A DNA stretch of 64,000 bases. It comes from Octopus bimaculoides. Taxonomy: Eukaryota. Where the stretch lies: NCBI RefSeq assembly GCF_001194135.2, contig NC_069008.1, positions 10,759,083 through 10,823,082 on the forward strand, read 5' to 3'. Made by a program: the position numbers and the translations under genes. Of the stretch, positions 51,100 through 62,906 are shown one piece after another. The notes under the pieces were generated by a model. It was not told the origin of the DNA and made no database searches. It worked only from the letters and a program-made list of their open reading frames with translations. Position 1 is the stretch's first letter. Each line of letters opens with the position of its first letter.

Positions 51100-52850
51100 A
51101 AGTTCGAATTTTATAGAATGGTAGAAATTACTTATAGGAACTAAAGGTATGCTTCTGCCAATGTTTGCAATGATAAACGCATTCAATAAATATATTTACA
51201 AGGGGATTCTTTGAGAATAGGATAAAAAATATTTCACTATTACAAAGGGAGCAAAAAGATTTACCTTTGTCATAAGGTGAAGAAATAAAGAGAATATTCC
51301 ATTCCAAATTAAATTGTTTATTATGATCTTTTAGATACTAGATTAATTTACTAAGCCCAGTATTGTTCTGTTTATTGATATGCCTAAATGTAGGGTAATG
51401 ATTAGATATTCTTTTGGACAAGTGAGATAAAGAATTACCTATATCAAAAAAAGATGTCAGAACTGGAAGTAATTTTACATTGATAAATAGAGTTTCTAGT
51501 CTTAGAATTACTGCTAAGAAAATGAATGCGAGTGGAGTTGACTTCAGAAACAATAAACCTGCTGTTAATATTATTTAAAGAATGGTTAGTGTTAACAAAA
51601 TTAATGTTAGTATTTTCATTAAGTGGATTTGTATTTAACAACTTATTACTATGCAAAGAGATGATTTGTGTTAGAAAAACCTATCCTAATTTGCTGTGAA
51701 TTAATAATTGAATAGTATCTTGAATTTCTTGGGAAATTCTTTTCTATAGCTTCATGAAACTGGTAAGGGAGGTTAAATTTGATCTACTTACCATATGGAA
51801 TTATTAACCAAACAGTTTTGCTGGGACATACCTTGTTATTAGGGTAATTATGCTTAAAAGTCCTCGTTGTACCTTTATATTGAAAACAAGGTCTTAAATA
51901 ATGGTTATCTCCCTTACGCTGCAGAAATACATTACTTGATTTGGTGTTGTTATTCGAAATAAAATTAAGATTGTTAATATTGTTACAATTTGATTTCATG
52001 TCCTGATAAATAGAGGTAGAATTAATGTCAATAGGGTTAATATAGGTAATTTTTTCTTTATAGCCTGCCTTAAGTAAGGCAGAGTTATAAAATTCAGCTT
52101 TATCGTTGAAGATATCAACATTAGCAGATAATCTAGAAAGTCTAAGTGAAATATTCCTAACTAAATTTTTTGTAATAGCCTTAGAGTGATTACTGAAAGA
52201 ACTAATATATCTTAAATTAGTTGAGGGTTTATGGTATGGGAAATATGAATCATTATGCAAGTTAAGGGTAATATCCAAAAGTTGGCTTTAGTTACATCAT
52301 TGTCAAAAACAATGCTTAAGCCCATGTTTCGGAAAAATTTAACTAAGCTATTCTTAACCCTTTGTAATTTTTCGTTAGAAACATTTTGAAGGTAGAGTAA
52401 ACAATCATCCCGATATAGACCTCCCTCATAAAGGATGTATATTCTGACCAAATCAGCGATTTGTGCTGAGTCAGAACTTCCCATCCTGACATCAAAACTG
52501 TCGAGTGTATCTTTACAGACCCATAGTTTGTTACCAAATTTAATAATAGATTTTCTGGTGGCTAACATGACATCAATTTCATCCCTGGTGAGACCTGCTT
52601 TGTTGTGTGTGAGCCAGAGTGCCTTGTTAAGTACAATTTAGTTGATAGAGGAACAGAAACTAGAAACTGGAAAAACTTAGTGCACTTCTTGTTTTTAATA
52701 GAACTAAACCAGTTGACGACTTGGAATGAATTAGACCATAAATTAAGCTCCTTAACCAGTTGTTGAGTGACCCATCCGTGAGGAATCAATGCTAGATGTA
52801 TTGAAACAATTGTCGTGATTAATAATATTTTTTCGTGAATTCCATCTTTT
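51100..52850 (-). mobile_element. Naiad-like PLE: RT plus C-terminal GIY-YIG endonuclease, disrupted and 5'-truncated
   Basis: FDVRMGSSDSAQIADLV, GLYRDDCL, DITLNL...PYHKP...SNH, VWLIIPYG, and SIYQCKIT...IGNS...KRISNHYPTFRH...TGLSKLI. Confidence 0.85.
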
Positions 52851-54029
52851 GTCTTTCATTTGCCATATACCTATATATATATATATATATATATATCACG
52901 TCAGTCTTGTATTATCCACACAGCTCAAAGTGAGGTGAATAAAAAGCAAACAAGTAATAAGGACGTCAAGGTATTAGTGCCTTATGGCCGTTTCAGGATC
53001 TCCATTTAATTGAATAATGCAAGTATTACATCAACTTGAAATACACTGCCTTCCTTGGATGCATATGACCAAATAGGTTTTCAACATACAGGATACTCCA
53101 TTATAATTTTTAGCACATATTTCATCAGAACTAGAGAATGAAAGAATTGCATGCTGCTATTACTGTGGCAGAATGAACATAGGGAAAAAAAAATCCCAAC
53201 TATAATTTGGAGAGGCAAAAGAGAATAACAATGGGGGTCATGAAATGGAAATATGGCTACTATTTTTATCTATCTCCTTATCACTATCAAAAGTTCTCAT
53301 GCAGCTAGTATGCTCCACCCACTAAAAATAAAAATGAGTAAGAATTGATGGTTAAGTTCTACCTGCTGATAATAAATTGATTACTGTCAGACACTCTCCC
53401 AAACCCCTAATTCACTGTGGTTATAAATTCCCTATGACCACATAAAGAAACAAAACTCAGAAGAAGTTAATAAGATAGTGGTAAATGCCCAGAAAGGGGG
53501 AGGGTAGGGATGACATAAACTATTTAATTATTCTAAGTTTATGGGGCCTAAAATAGGAAACAAAGGACATTACAAGGATATCTAAATGGGCATTAAGGAT
53601 ACAGGGGGAAAAATATTTAACCAAAGTTTAGCAAAATTAATATATTATTATATTTTGTATAATAAAAAGTACAATTTTAAAATTTAGAAGGGGAAATAAG
53701 GACCAAGTAAGATAAGAAGGATATGTAAACCAATTTAAGCCCTAAAAAAGTAGATTGCTTTCATATAAAATAGAAGCTTCATAATACTTCATCCTAGCAA
53801 ACTTTAAGGTGATCATGATAAAACCATTCAAGCAATGAACCCAAATTACATTCAGATTTCATCCAAGAAAGGGGTACACATTTTCTCTTGACTGGAAACT
53901 AGGGATCAAAGGAGAAAAATGTGATAATTGGTTCTGTAATGGATAAACTTACTTAAAAAATATAATTATATAAAAAAAATTCCAACATTACGAAAAAGTC
54001 TTTTCATTTCAAGTTTCATTCTGTTATTC

Positions 54030-55320
54030 ACAAATGTGTGGACCATGGTTGTTTTAAGTAATGAAAGCTATAGGTTATTTCCAGTACCTACATCCAATTT
54101 GCATTTATTGCAAGGTAATATATTGATTTCATTTAACATAAGGAAGCTAGTAGTATTGGAGTGGCCTGTTAGAGCCATACAAGCCATGTGCAGCAGTGCT
54201 GTCAGTAAGGTGAGAACTTGCCATATATATATAGTGACGAATTTAGCATACAAGTAGGTGTTCACCAGGGATCAGTTTTTAGTCCAGACTTATTCATCAT
54301 AATCCTCCAGGCCATAACAGAGGAATTCAAAACTGGATGCCCACAAGAACTGCCATATGCTGATGACCTCACTCTTATTGCAGAATCTGAAGCAGAATTG
54401 GAGAAGAAGTTCCAGGTAAGGAAGCAAAACCTGGCATCAAAGAGCCTTAAAGTTAAACAAGCAAAGACTAAAGTTGCTGCTAGCAAGAAAGCAGATAAGA
54501 CTCTCTTTCTGTCAGGTAAATGAGCCTGCTCAATATGTAGGAAAGAAGTGGGAAGTAATTCCATTCGTTGCACCCAGTGTAAGCTATGGATGCATAAGAG
54601 ATGCAGTGGAATCACTGGTAGATTAACGGATAAGGTCACTTTCGTGTGTGGCAGATGTGCAGGAACAATAAGCACTAAGAACACATGAGACTTAGACTCT
54701 CCCAAAAGCCCAGCAGGCTCTCTTGAGGTAGTAATAGTTTCAGCTACTTAGGTGGCCAAATTATTAATGGTGGTAGATGCTCTGAAAGTATTGTTTCTAG
54801 AATAAGAAGAGGATGGAAACTCAGAGAGCTACCACCTGTGTTGGCAATAAAAGGTCTCTCTCTCAGAGTGAAAGGTAGATTGTATGATGCTTGTGTATGA
54901 ACAGCTATACTCCATAGTAGTGAGACATGGGCTCTGAATGTCGAGGATATGCATACACTGGAGAGGAATGAAGGTAGTATGCTCTGTTGGATGTGCAACA
55001 TCAGTGTACATGAAAGCACAACTATGTTGAGAGAAAAGGTGGGTATAAGAGAAATTAAATGTGGCAAGCAGGAGAGAAGACTGCATTGGTTTGGACATGT
55101 GATGTGTTTGAATGAAGACAGCTGTATAAAGAAGTGCCTGTCACTAGATGTCACCTGTGGAAGAGGGAAACCCAGGAAGACCTATGGAAGAGGGAAACCC
55201 AGCGAAACCCAGGAAGATGAAGTGGTGAGGACCAATCTCAGGATGTTAGGGCTCACAGAAGAAATGACAATGGGTTGAGATGTCTGGCAATATGAGGTTC
55301 TAGAGAAGATCTGCCCATGT
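54030..55320 (+). mobile_element. RTE LINE RT 3' half with an embedded PHD-like finger
   Basis: VGVHQGSVFSPDLFII, LPYADDL, C4HC3 at 54527-54658, and ERRLHWFGHV...GRGKPRKT. Confidence 0.85.
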
Positions 55321-55789
55321 CAGCAAAACTGAGTGTTAGAAGTGTTGTGTCACACTCACGTGTAACAATAAGATTTTCACACACCCAACCAACCCCCAAG
55401 AAACCAAACTACATCTCTTCTAAACTGCATCTTTTTCTTCCTCACATTTCGTCTTCAAACACTACGATTATCTCCCACTCCCCATCCCTGCCCTGATCAC
55501 TGTACTACTGCTTTCCCCCACCTCATCTTTATACCCGGGTTTTCACCAGACACTACAACCCCCATCCCCGCTCCCTGCTCATCCCTTTTTGATAATACCT
55601 GGCCACATATATTATGACTTCTGCACTTTGAGGGCAAACCTTGGCATTTGCCACCATTAACCACTCTTGTCCTTGCTCTACCATCCTATCTATTCCTTGC
55701 TCTACCATCCTATCTATTCTCTGATCCACATTACTTGTGAATATACCCTGACACTTCTCTTGCACAGCTCTCTCTTTCACTTTTGCTGT

Positions 55790-55941
55790 CACCCATTCTC
55801 TCTCTCTCTCTCTCTCTTCTCTCTCTTCCTATCGCTCTCTTTCTCTCTCTTCCTATCGCTCTCTCTCTCTTTCTCTCTCTCTCTTTCTCTCTCTCTCTTT
55901 CTCTCTCTCTCTTTCNNNNNNNNNNTTTCTCTCTCTCTCTT

Positions 55942-55974
<33 letters not shown>

Positions 55975-56040
55975 TTCCCTCTCTCTCTTTCCCTCTCTTT
56001 CCCTCTCTATCTTTCCCTCTCTATCTTTCCCTCTCTCTGG
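55790..56040. repeat. (CT)n-rich microsatellite
   Basis: Direct reading. Confidence 0.9.
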
Positions 56041-56972
56041 TCAGGTAATTATGTACCTCCTCTATAACAAAACACCTGTTTCTGCTTTTCTGTCTCTCTG
56101 TCTCATTATAACCTTTCATTATCTGACACAAGATCACCTCCTCCAATGCCTCCTCCCCTCTCTAAGCATCTTTGTTTTGCAAGCTACTTGGTAACCCAGC
56201 TGGTGCTGGTGCCATGTAAAATGCATCCAGTCCACACTGTGAAGTGATTGGCATTTGGAAGGGCATCCAGTTGCAAAAACCATGCCGAAACAGACACAGT
56301 AGCCTGGGGTAGTCTTCTAATTGGTTAGCTCCCATAAAACTACCCAGCTCATGCCAGCATGGAAGACAGACATTAAATGATGATGAGGATGATACTGCGC
56401 TATTTTCCACATTCAAATTTTTGAGTTCAACATTCAAAAAATTTTGCAACAGAACAGAACAGTTAGCAACAAAAGCACAACAGCAAAGGAAAAGAAGGGC
56501 AACTGATTCAGAGAAAAACTAGAGCAAAATCACCGAAACAAATGTCTGAATATGTACAAACGCATAGAGAATATGATGGTGATTCTGCTTTGTCTAACAG
56601 ACTGGTTAATGTATCTCAAGAAGAGAATAAACCTACACCAAACTAAGACACTGAACCAGCTTTCATATTCTCTCAATATTCAGGTGCCGGTTGATAATCA
56701 TCAATTTTTTTCTCTGCTGGGAACTTGGAATTTGTCAAGTTTGAGATTCTTTGATATAACGAACTGAATTTGTCTTCTTAAATAAGTACTACTACTACAT
56801 AGCTACATAAGAGGGCTTCGATGTGAATTTTTGACTGGTTCTATGAAGAAACTGTAATCATTCACTAAATTATGGATCGCATGAGCTAATTACTGAGAGG
56901 CTAATTACTGAGAGGCTAATTACTGAGAGGGTACTGAGTGCATTCTGTTACAAACCCTCTGTTGTGAAACTA

Positions 56973-57008
<36 letters not shown>

Positions 57009-57473
57009 CCGTATGTGGTCACTTGACTGATTGGAAATAGCTGAATCTTACAATGGGTATTATTGCCACTGCAGCAACAACAAAAACAATAACCATCAGC
57101 CCACCACTATCACTACCAGGACAACATTGCCACCAAACCCCACCACAAACATCACCACTGCAACCACTATCAGGACAGCCTTTGCCTCCAATCCTCACCT
57201 CAAGCATCACTTCCTCCCACTTCCCCCACCTTCATAGTCAGCACTGTTACTGCATAATTAAATGCCCAAAAACCTGTGGACAATGGATTAAGCTGAATAA
57301 ACCAGCAGGTTGCCATGTAGTTTTGGTGTGTGGACACAGCTGGGTCTAAGAGTTTGTTCATCATATTAAAGAATTGGTCATAATTGTCCACTCATGTACA
57401 GCAAAGCAGAGTGTATGAATGTATGCATACATGCATCTACGTACATATGTATGTATTTATGCATGTATATATA

Positions 57474-57566
<93 letters not shown>

Positions 57567-58332
57567 ATCATATATAGACATACATACATACATATATATA
57601 CATACATACATACACACACATATATATATATATGCATACATGCATACATACACACACACACACATGCACATACACACACATGCATATATATATGTATATA
57701 CACAGGGTGTACCAATATTAAGGCAACCAACTCTTTTCAATTTTGCCAAAGCAAAACATTGTTATATTTCAGGTCTGAGTGTTGCAATGCAAATGGCAAT
57801 GGAAACATAATTATGACACTACTACATTTATTTAATACGACCATACCTGTTTCGAATCACAGCCTTAAGTCTAGGTGTGAAAGTTTCACACACGGCATGC
57901 AGTTGTTCTGGTGGAATCAAAGCCCATTGCTGTTATAGTTTTGCCTTCAGAGTGTTGAGTGAAGCATTGGGGAGTGCTTGAAACCCTCATCTCTAAAATG
58001 GACCAAATTGAAAAATCCAGTGGGTCGAGATCAGGGCTTTTTGAGGGCCATACATACTTGCCTATGAGCTGTGGGATGGTGGTGAGTTTTGTTGGAGGCT
58101 CCAAGGTGTGCCTTGAAAGTACTCATTCACCCATGGAAGCAGTTCAGCTTCCAGAATACAGTTCTATATTTAAGAGATGAGGAATTATGTACATCATTTA
58201 CGTTATTTACATTTGATGGATATTTGTCCTCATCTTGTTTGTTGTTAACATGTTTCGGCTGATCCTCCAGCCTTCAACAGGTGTCTTAGGTAAATTTCAA
58301 ACCTGTGTTCGCATTCCTAAGGTATTTTTCAA

Positions 58333-58382
<50 letters not shown>

Positions 58383-58417
58383 TTCTTCTTCTTCTTCTTC
58401 TTCTTCTTCTTCTTCTT

Positions 58418-58448
<31 letters not shown>

Positions 58449-58450
58449 TT

Positions 58451-58525
58451 CAAGTCACTGCCTGGAATCGAACTTAGAATCTTGGGGTTAGTAGCCCGCG
58501 CTCTTAACCGCTACGGCATATGCCC
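58451..58525 (-). ncRNA. tRNA-derived (Ser-like) SINE head, not a true tRNA
   Basis: TGCCGTAGCGGTTAA A-box, GGG-CTACTAA-CCC anticodon-like arm, GTTCGATTCC B-box. No intact acceptor stem is seen. Confidence 0.65.
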
Positions 58526-58545
58526 GTGGTTTGAAATTTCCCCAA

Positions 58546-58591
58546 GACACCTGATGAAGGCTGGAGGGTATATCAGCCGAAATGTTGTGCT
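58546..58591 (+). ncRNA. Minimal hammerhead variant, degenerate (mirror at 58245-58286 minus)
   Basis: GACAC-CUGAUGA-A-GGCUG...CAGCC-GAAA-U-GUU/GUGCU. Confidence 0.6.
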
Positions 58592-59650
58592 AACAACAAA
58601 CAAGATGAGGACAAATATCCATCAAATGTAAATAATGTAAATAATGAGCTTCCAGAATGTTGCTAATGTATCACTAGGAGTTAATTTCAACACCCAAGGG
58701 CACAAAACGAGGGGAGACCTGTCACAGCCACCCAAACCTAAACTGATTGTGAATTTTGACATCGATTTATGAGTCTACCCTCGACGGAACCAGATACACT
58801 CCAAAGTCGGTCATTCTGGTGGTTTACTGTCTGCTCAATGTCAAATTTCTTTTCACCAATGAACACCATGTTGGACAGCGTACCTTCAGCAATCTGCTGC
58901 AAGATGACTTCTCTTCAGTTTCATGGTCTTATACACTTGCGTGAGCTCATGACAGTGGACCATCTTTTAGGGATGGGTACTGAGATCCACCTTCAGAACT
59001 TGATGCATTGATGTTCAGCATATTTGTGCTGTGGCAGCCAGTTGTCTGATGGAACAAGGAATTTGCCATATCTTTTCTCTGATACTTTTGATAAGCTGAG
59101 AGGTCTGCACACTTCTTTTTCGGTCACATCCAGGTTGATCAGCAGTGGAACAAGTCTCTTGAAATTTCTTGCAGACTGTTGTTTGGTTAATTTTAAGCTG
59201 TTTTTGCTATAGCTGTATTACTTTCACTTCCATTATGGAAAGTTATGAATTATTTAGTCTGAAACAAAAAGAAGACACACTAACCTTTTATAATGATCTA
59301 TAATTTTCCTATCCTATCACATTTATTGATAGTTATTAAAACCCGAAACTTCGGTTGCCTTAATTTCAGGATCTCTGTATATATTTTTATACACATACAT
59401 ACATACATATATTCTTTTATTCTTTTATTTGTTTCAGTCATTTGACTGCGGTCATACTGGAGCACCACCTTTAGTCGAGCAAATCAACCCGAGGACTTAT
59501 TCTTTGTAAGCCTAATACTTATTCTATCGGTCTCTCTTGCCGAACCACTAGGTTACAGGGACGTAAACACAGCAGCATCGGTTGTCAAACGATGTTGGGG
59601 GGAAAACACAGACACACAAACACATATATACATACATACATACATACATG

Positions 59651-59760
<110 letters not shown>

Positions 59761-59764
59761 GGGA

Positions 59765-62220
59765 AAATTCATAAAAAAAACAAAAGACAAAGACAGATGG
59801 TGTAGACAACAAACAGATGTATTAGTTTAACGCTTGGGAAGTGAAAAAGTCTTTAACGTTTCGAGCCTATGCTCTTCCACAGAAAGGAACACAGAAACAA
59901 ACAAGGAGAGAAAATAAAGAAAGTGTAGTGGCTAGCGATCTAACATAGCGAATGCCAGACAGAGGGGTCACACAGGAGAGCTAGGAAGAAGGGGAGATAA
60001 TAAAGTAGTGATGATCCCAAAACGAAGGTGTGCATGTGTGTGTATAGGAGAGTATGTATGTGTGTGTGGAAGAGGGCTGGTGACCTTAGTGTGTGCATGT
60101 GTGTATGTGTAGGTGTGAAGTTGTGGGGCTGGAAAGTGGTCAGTGCTGGTGTGTGCATGGTGGTGTGATGTGTGGTATGGTGGTGTATGGTGTAGTGGTG
60201 TATGATGCGGTGTGATGGTGCTGGAAGGTGGGGAAGGCTAGAGTGGGGAAAGCAAGGGTNNNNNNNNNNGAACGATAGGGAAGGTGGGGTTGGAATGTGT
60301 AGGGGTGGGATGGGGTTACGAGGGAGGGGTGACGATGAAGGGGGAAGGAGAAGGTGGGTAGGTGTGAAGAGAAGATAGGAGAGTAGGAGTTAAGAGAAGT
60401 GGGAGTCGGAGCAAGACAGGAGAGGTGGGTGGGAGGAAATAGGTGTGAGGGGGAGAGAGGCGAGGGGAGGAGGTTACATGAAGAGGGGAGGAGTGTTGAG
60501 CCCATTTGACACAAAGGAGCGAAGAGAGAAGATTAATCCCTGTTCATGGCGCAAGCAGGAGTCCGGATGTCCCCCATGCAAGGACAATCCGAACACAGGT
60601 GTTGCAAAGAGTGACCAGTAGAGTGAAAATGGCACGAGACCGGGGTGTCATTGCCGAGTCAGATGTCTCAGAGGTTTTCCGCGAACAGGTCAGCCAAGCG
60701 GCATCCTGTTTGCCTGATGTATAGAGAAGGGTAGAGAGAGCAGGAGATGCAGTAGATGACATTGGTAGAAGTGCAGGTGAAGGAGTCGATGATGTGATAG
60801 GGTTGATGATGGGTGCCGGTGAGGAGGGTGGTGTTGGAGAGGTAAGGGCAAGTGTGGCAGCATGGGTGGGAGCAGACGAATGAGCTAGGTTGAGAGGTTG
60901 GGTTAGGGAAGAAGCTATGGACCAAAAGGTCTTGTAGTTTATGGGCTTGTTTGAAGGAGTTAGAGATGTGTGAAGTGGAGGGGTCAGACTGGAGTTGCCA
61001 GAAGGCTCGGAGAATAGTGCATTGGAGAGGTAGGGTGGTGGGGTGGTAGGTGAGGGGAGACAGGGGTGGGAGATGGCAGGGCGGATTTGGGGGAGAGAGC
61101 AAATCCACGGTCCACGGAACGTGCTCTGGCAAGGGCGGTGTGGATAGTGGTGAGGGGAAATCCACATAGGATGAAGTGGCGAGCCATGAGTTGAGACTGA
61201 GTCTCAAAGTCATGGTTGTCATTGCAGAGCCTGCATAGACGGAGGAATTAGGAATAGGGGTGGAAAGCTTGGTGTGTTTAGGGTGGAAGGAGGACAAGTT
61301 GAGGTATGAGTGTGAGTCTGTGTGTTTGTAGTGGATGGAGGTGGTAAGAGTGGAGTGATGAATGCTGACCGAAATGTCAAGAAAGCAGACAGAGGTGTCA
61401 GAGATAGTGCAGGAGAAGTGGAGGGCAGGATGAAAAGATTTGACAAAAGAGAAGAAGGAGTCTAGATGTGTGCAGAAGAGTGAGGTCGCACCGATATAGT
61501 TGTCAATATTATGGCCATATAGTTCGGGAGTGGGACAAGTGAAACTTGAGAATATTTGGGCCTCAACGTACCCAATGAACAAGTTCGCATAGTTGGGGCC
61601 ACTCCCAAGACCTGCTGGCAAAAATCACCAGTGAACAAGAAGCAGTTGAGTCAGCCAGAACGAGTGTAGATGTGTCAGGTTGGGGGTTAGATCGAAGGTC
61701 AAGGAAATGTTGGAGTGCATTCAGCCCCTTGTGGTGAGGGATCACCATGTAAAGGCTCTAGATGTCAAAAGTGAAGAGAAGTTTAGAGGGGTCAGGAGGG
61801 AAGGAGAAAGAGTTGAACAAACAAAGTGTGTGGTTGGTGTCATGNNNNNNNNNNNNNNNNNNNNNNNNNNNNNNNNNNNNNNNNNNNNNNNNNNNNNNNN
61901 NNNNNNNNNNNNNNNNNNNNNNNNNNNNNNNNNNNNNNNNNNNNNNGGGAGGGAAGTCACTAGGGGGGGGGGGCAAAGACATGGTCAAGATATCTGGAGA
62001 TGTGTTTGGTGGGGCAGTTGCAGGCGGAGATGATGGGGTGGCCAGGGTTGTTAGGTTTGTGGATTTTGGGGAGGAAGTAAATAGTGGGGGTGTGAGGGGT
62101 GCAGACAATGATGTTGGAGGTGGTGGGGGAGATGGGAGGAGGAGATAAGGTCATGAATAGTGGAGGACACAGTCTGTTGGTAGCTGGGTGTGGGGTCAGA
62201 GGGCAAAGGGCAGAAGAAGG
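59765..62220 (-). mobile_element. Penelope-like element (Poseidon/Neptune type): RT, C-terminal GIY-YIG and 3' pseudo-LTR; disrupted
   Basis: PKIHKP..GHPIISAC, GPNYANLFIGYVE, FHPALHF...VCFLDISV, CSHPCCHTCPY, FTCTSTNVIYCISC..YIRQTG. Confidence 0.9.
59851..59886 (-). ncRNA. Degenerate minimal hammerhead in the PLE pseudo-LTR
   Basis: CUUU-CUGUGGA-A-GAGC(AUAG)GCUC-GAAAC-GUU/AAAG, with A6 changed to U. Confidence 0.6.
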
Positions 62221-62836
62221 AGATATATAGGGTGCGAGAGGTAAATTGTCACCATTTTATATCTTCAATTTCATGCATGCCTGTTGTTTGCTTTTGATTT
62301 TTTATTCCCTTTCGCAATTATCCCTAATTGCGGTTTGGGGTTTGACTGCTCCTTCTAGTGGTTTAGATGTCCTATTATAGACATCTCTTATGTGTATAAA
62401 TGTACACTGTATGTATTTATATAATATATAGTCTATTGACTAGTTTTTCTTCTCGCTAGACCATTTTTTTGCTACCCTGAAATTTATTAATAATGATATA
62501 ATGACTTTTTGGTTAATTTCTGTATGGGTGCAAGGTTGTTGAGTGCGTGTATGTGTGGATGTGTATGCAGGTATATATATGTATATGTACATATATGTAT
62601 AGTTTTTGACGAGTATGTGGGTGAGCATGTGTGTGTTTCAAGTGAGGGTGGTTTAGTATATAAATATAGGCAAATGTACAGATTGGTGCACTTATGCGAA
62701 CCTATAGACTTGTCTACTCCATTACTTTTACCCCCTCCCCTTACTTACCGGTCTATAGCTTTTTTGTCTTAATAACGGGCAACCACACAGTAATTTCCCT
62801 TTGTTTATCGGTCATTTTTCACAGGAATTTTCAATG

Positions 62837-62906
62837 GCCATATAACTGAAGAGATGTTGGTGTGGGTTCCCACCCTGGCATCCGAAACTCGGAGTTTTAT
62901 CATGGC
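62837..62906 (+). ncRNA. Type I hammerhead motif
   Basis: GCCAUAUAA-CUGAAGA-GAUGU...GCAUCC-GAAAC-UCGGA-GUU/UUAU(C)AUGGC. Stem I has 9 bp with one bulge. Confidence 0.7.

Larger units (their letters stand above)
58158..58646 (-). mobile_element. Composite element: inverted hammerhead repeats flanking a tRNA-derived head, with 12-bp TSD
   Basis: AGCTTCCAGAAT at 58146-58157 and 58647-58658; inverted repeats 58192-58303 / 58528-58646; tRNA-like head 58451-58525; (GAA)n(CAA)n. Confidence 0.8.
57703..59377 (-). mobile_element. Tc1-like transposon relic interrupted at 58158-58646
   Basis: TIRs cagggtgtaccaatattaaggcaacc / ggttgccttaatttcaggatctctg; WPSKSPDLDPLDFSIWSILE. Confidence 0.8.

Noticed and set aside
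52975-53135. Minus-strand GAAAC-GGCC-AUA and a distant CUGAUGA
   Set aside because: No convincing stem II or stem I pairing links the two halves.
56470-56650. 59-codon open frame (QQKHNSKG...KPTPN*) as a possible terminal exon
   Set aside because: Weak acceptor, low-complexity composition and no recognisable homology.
56884-56930. (GCTAATTACTGAGAG)x3
   Set aside because: A short local tandem duplication with no further structure.
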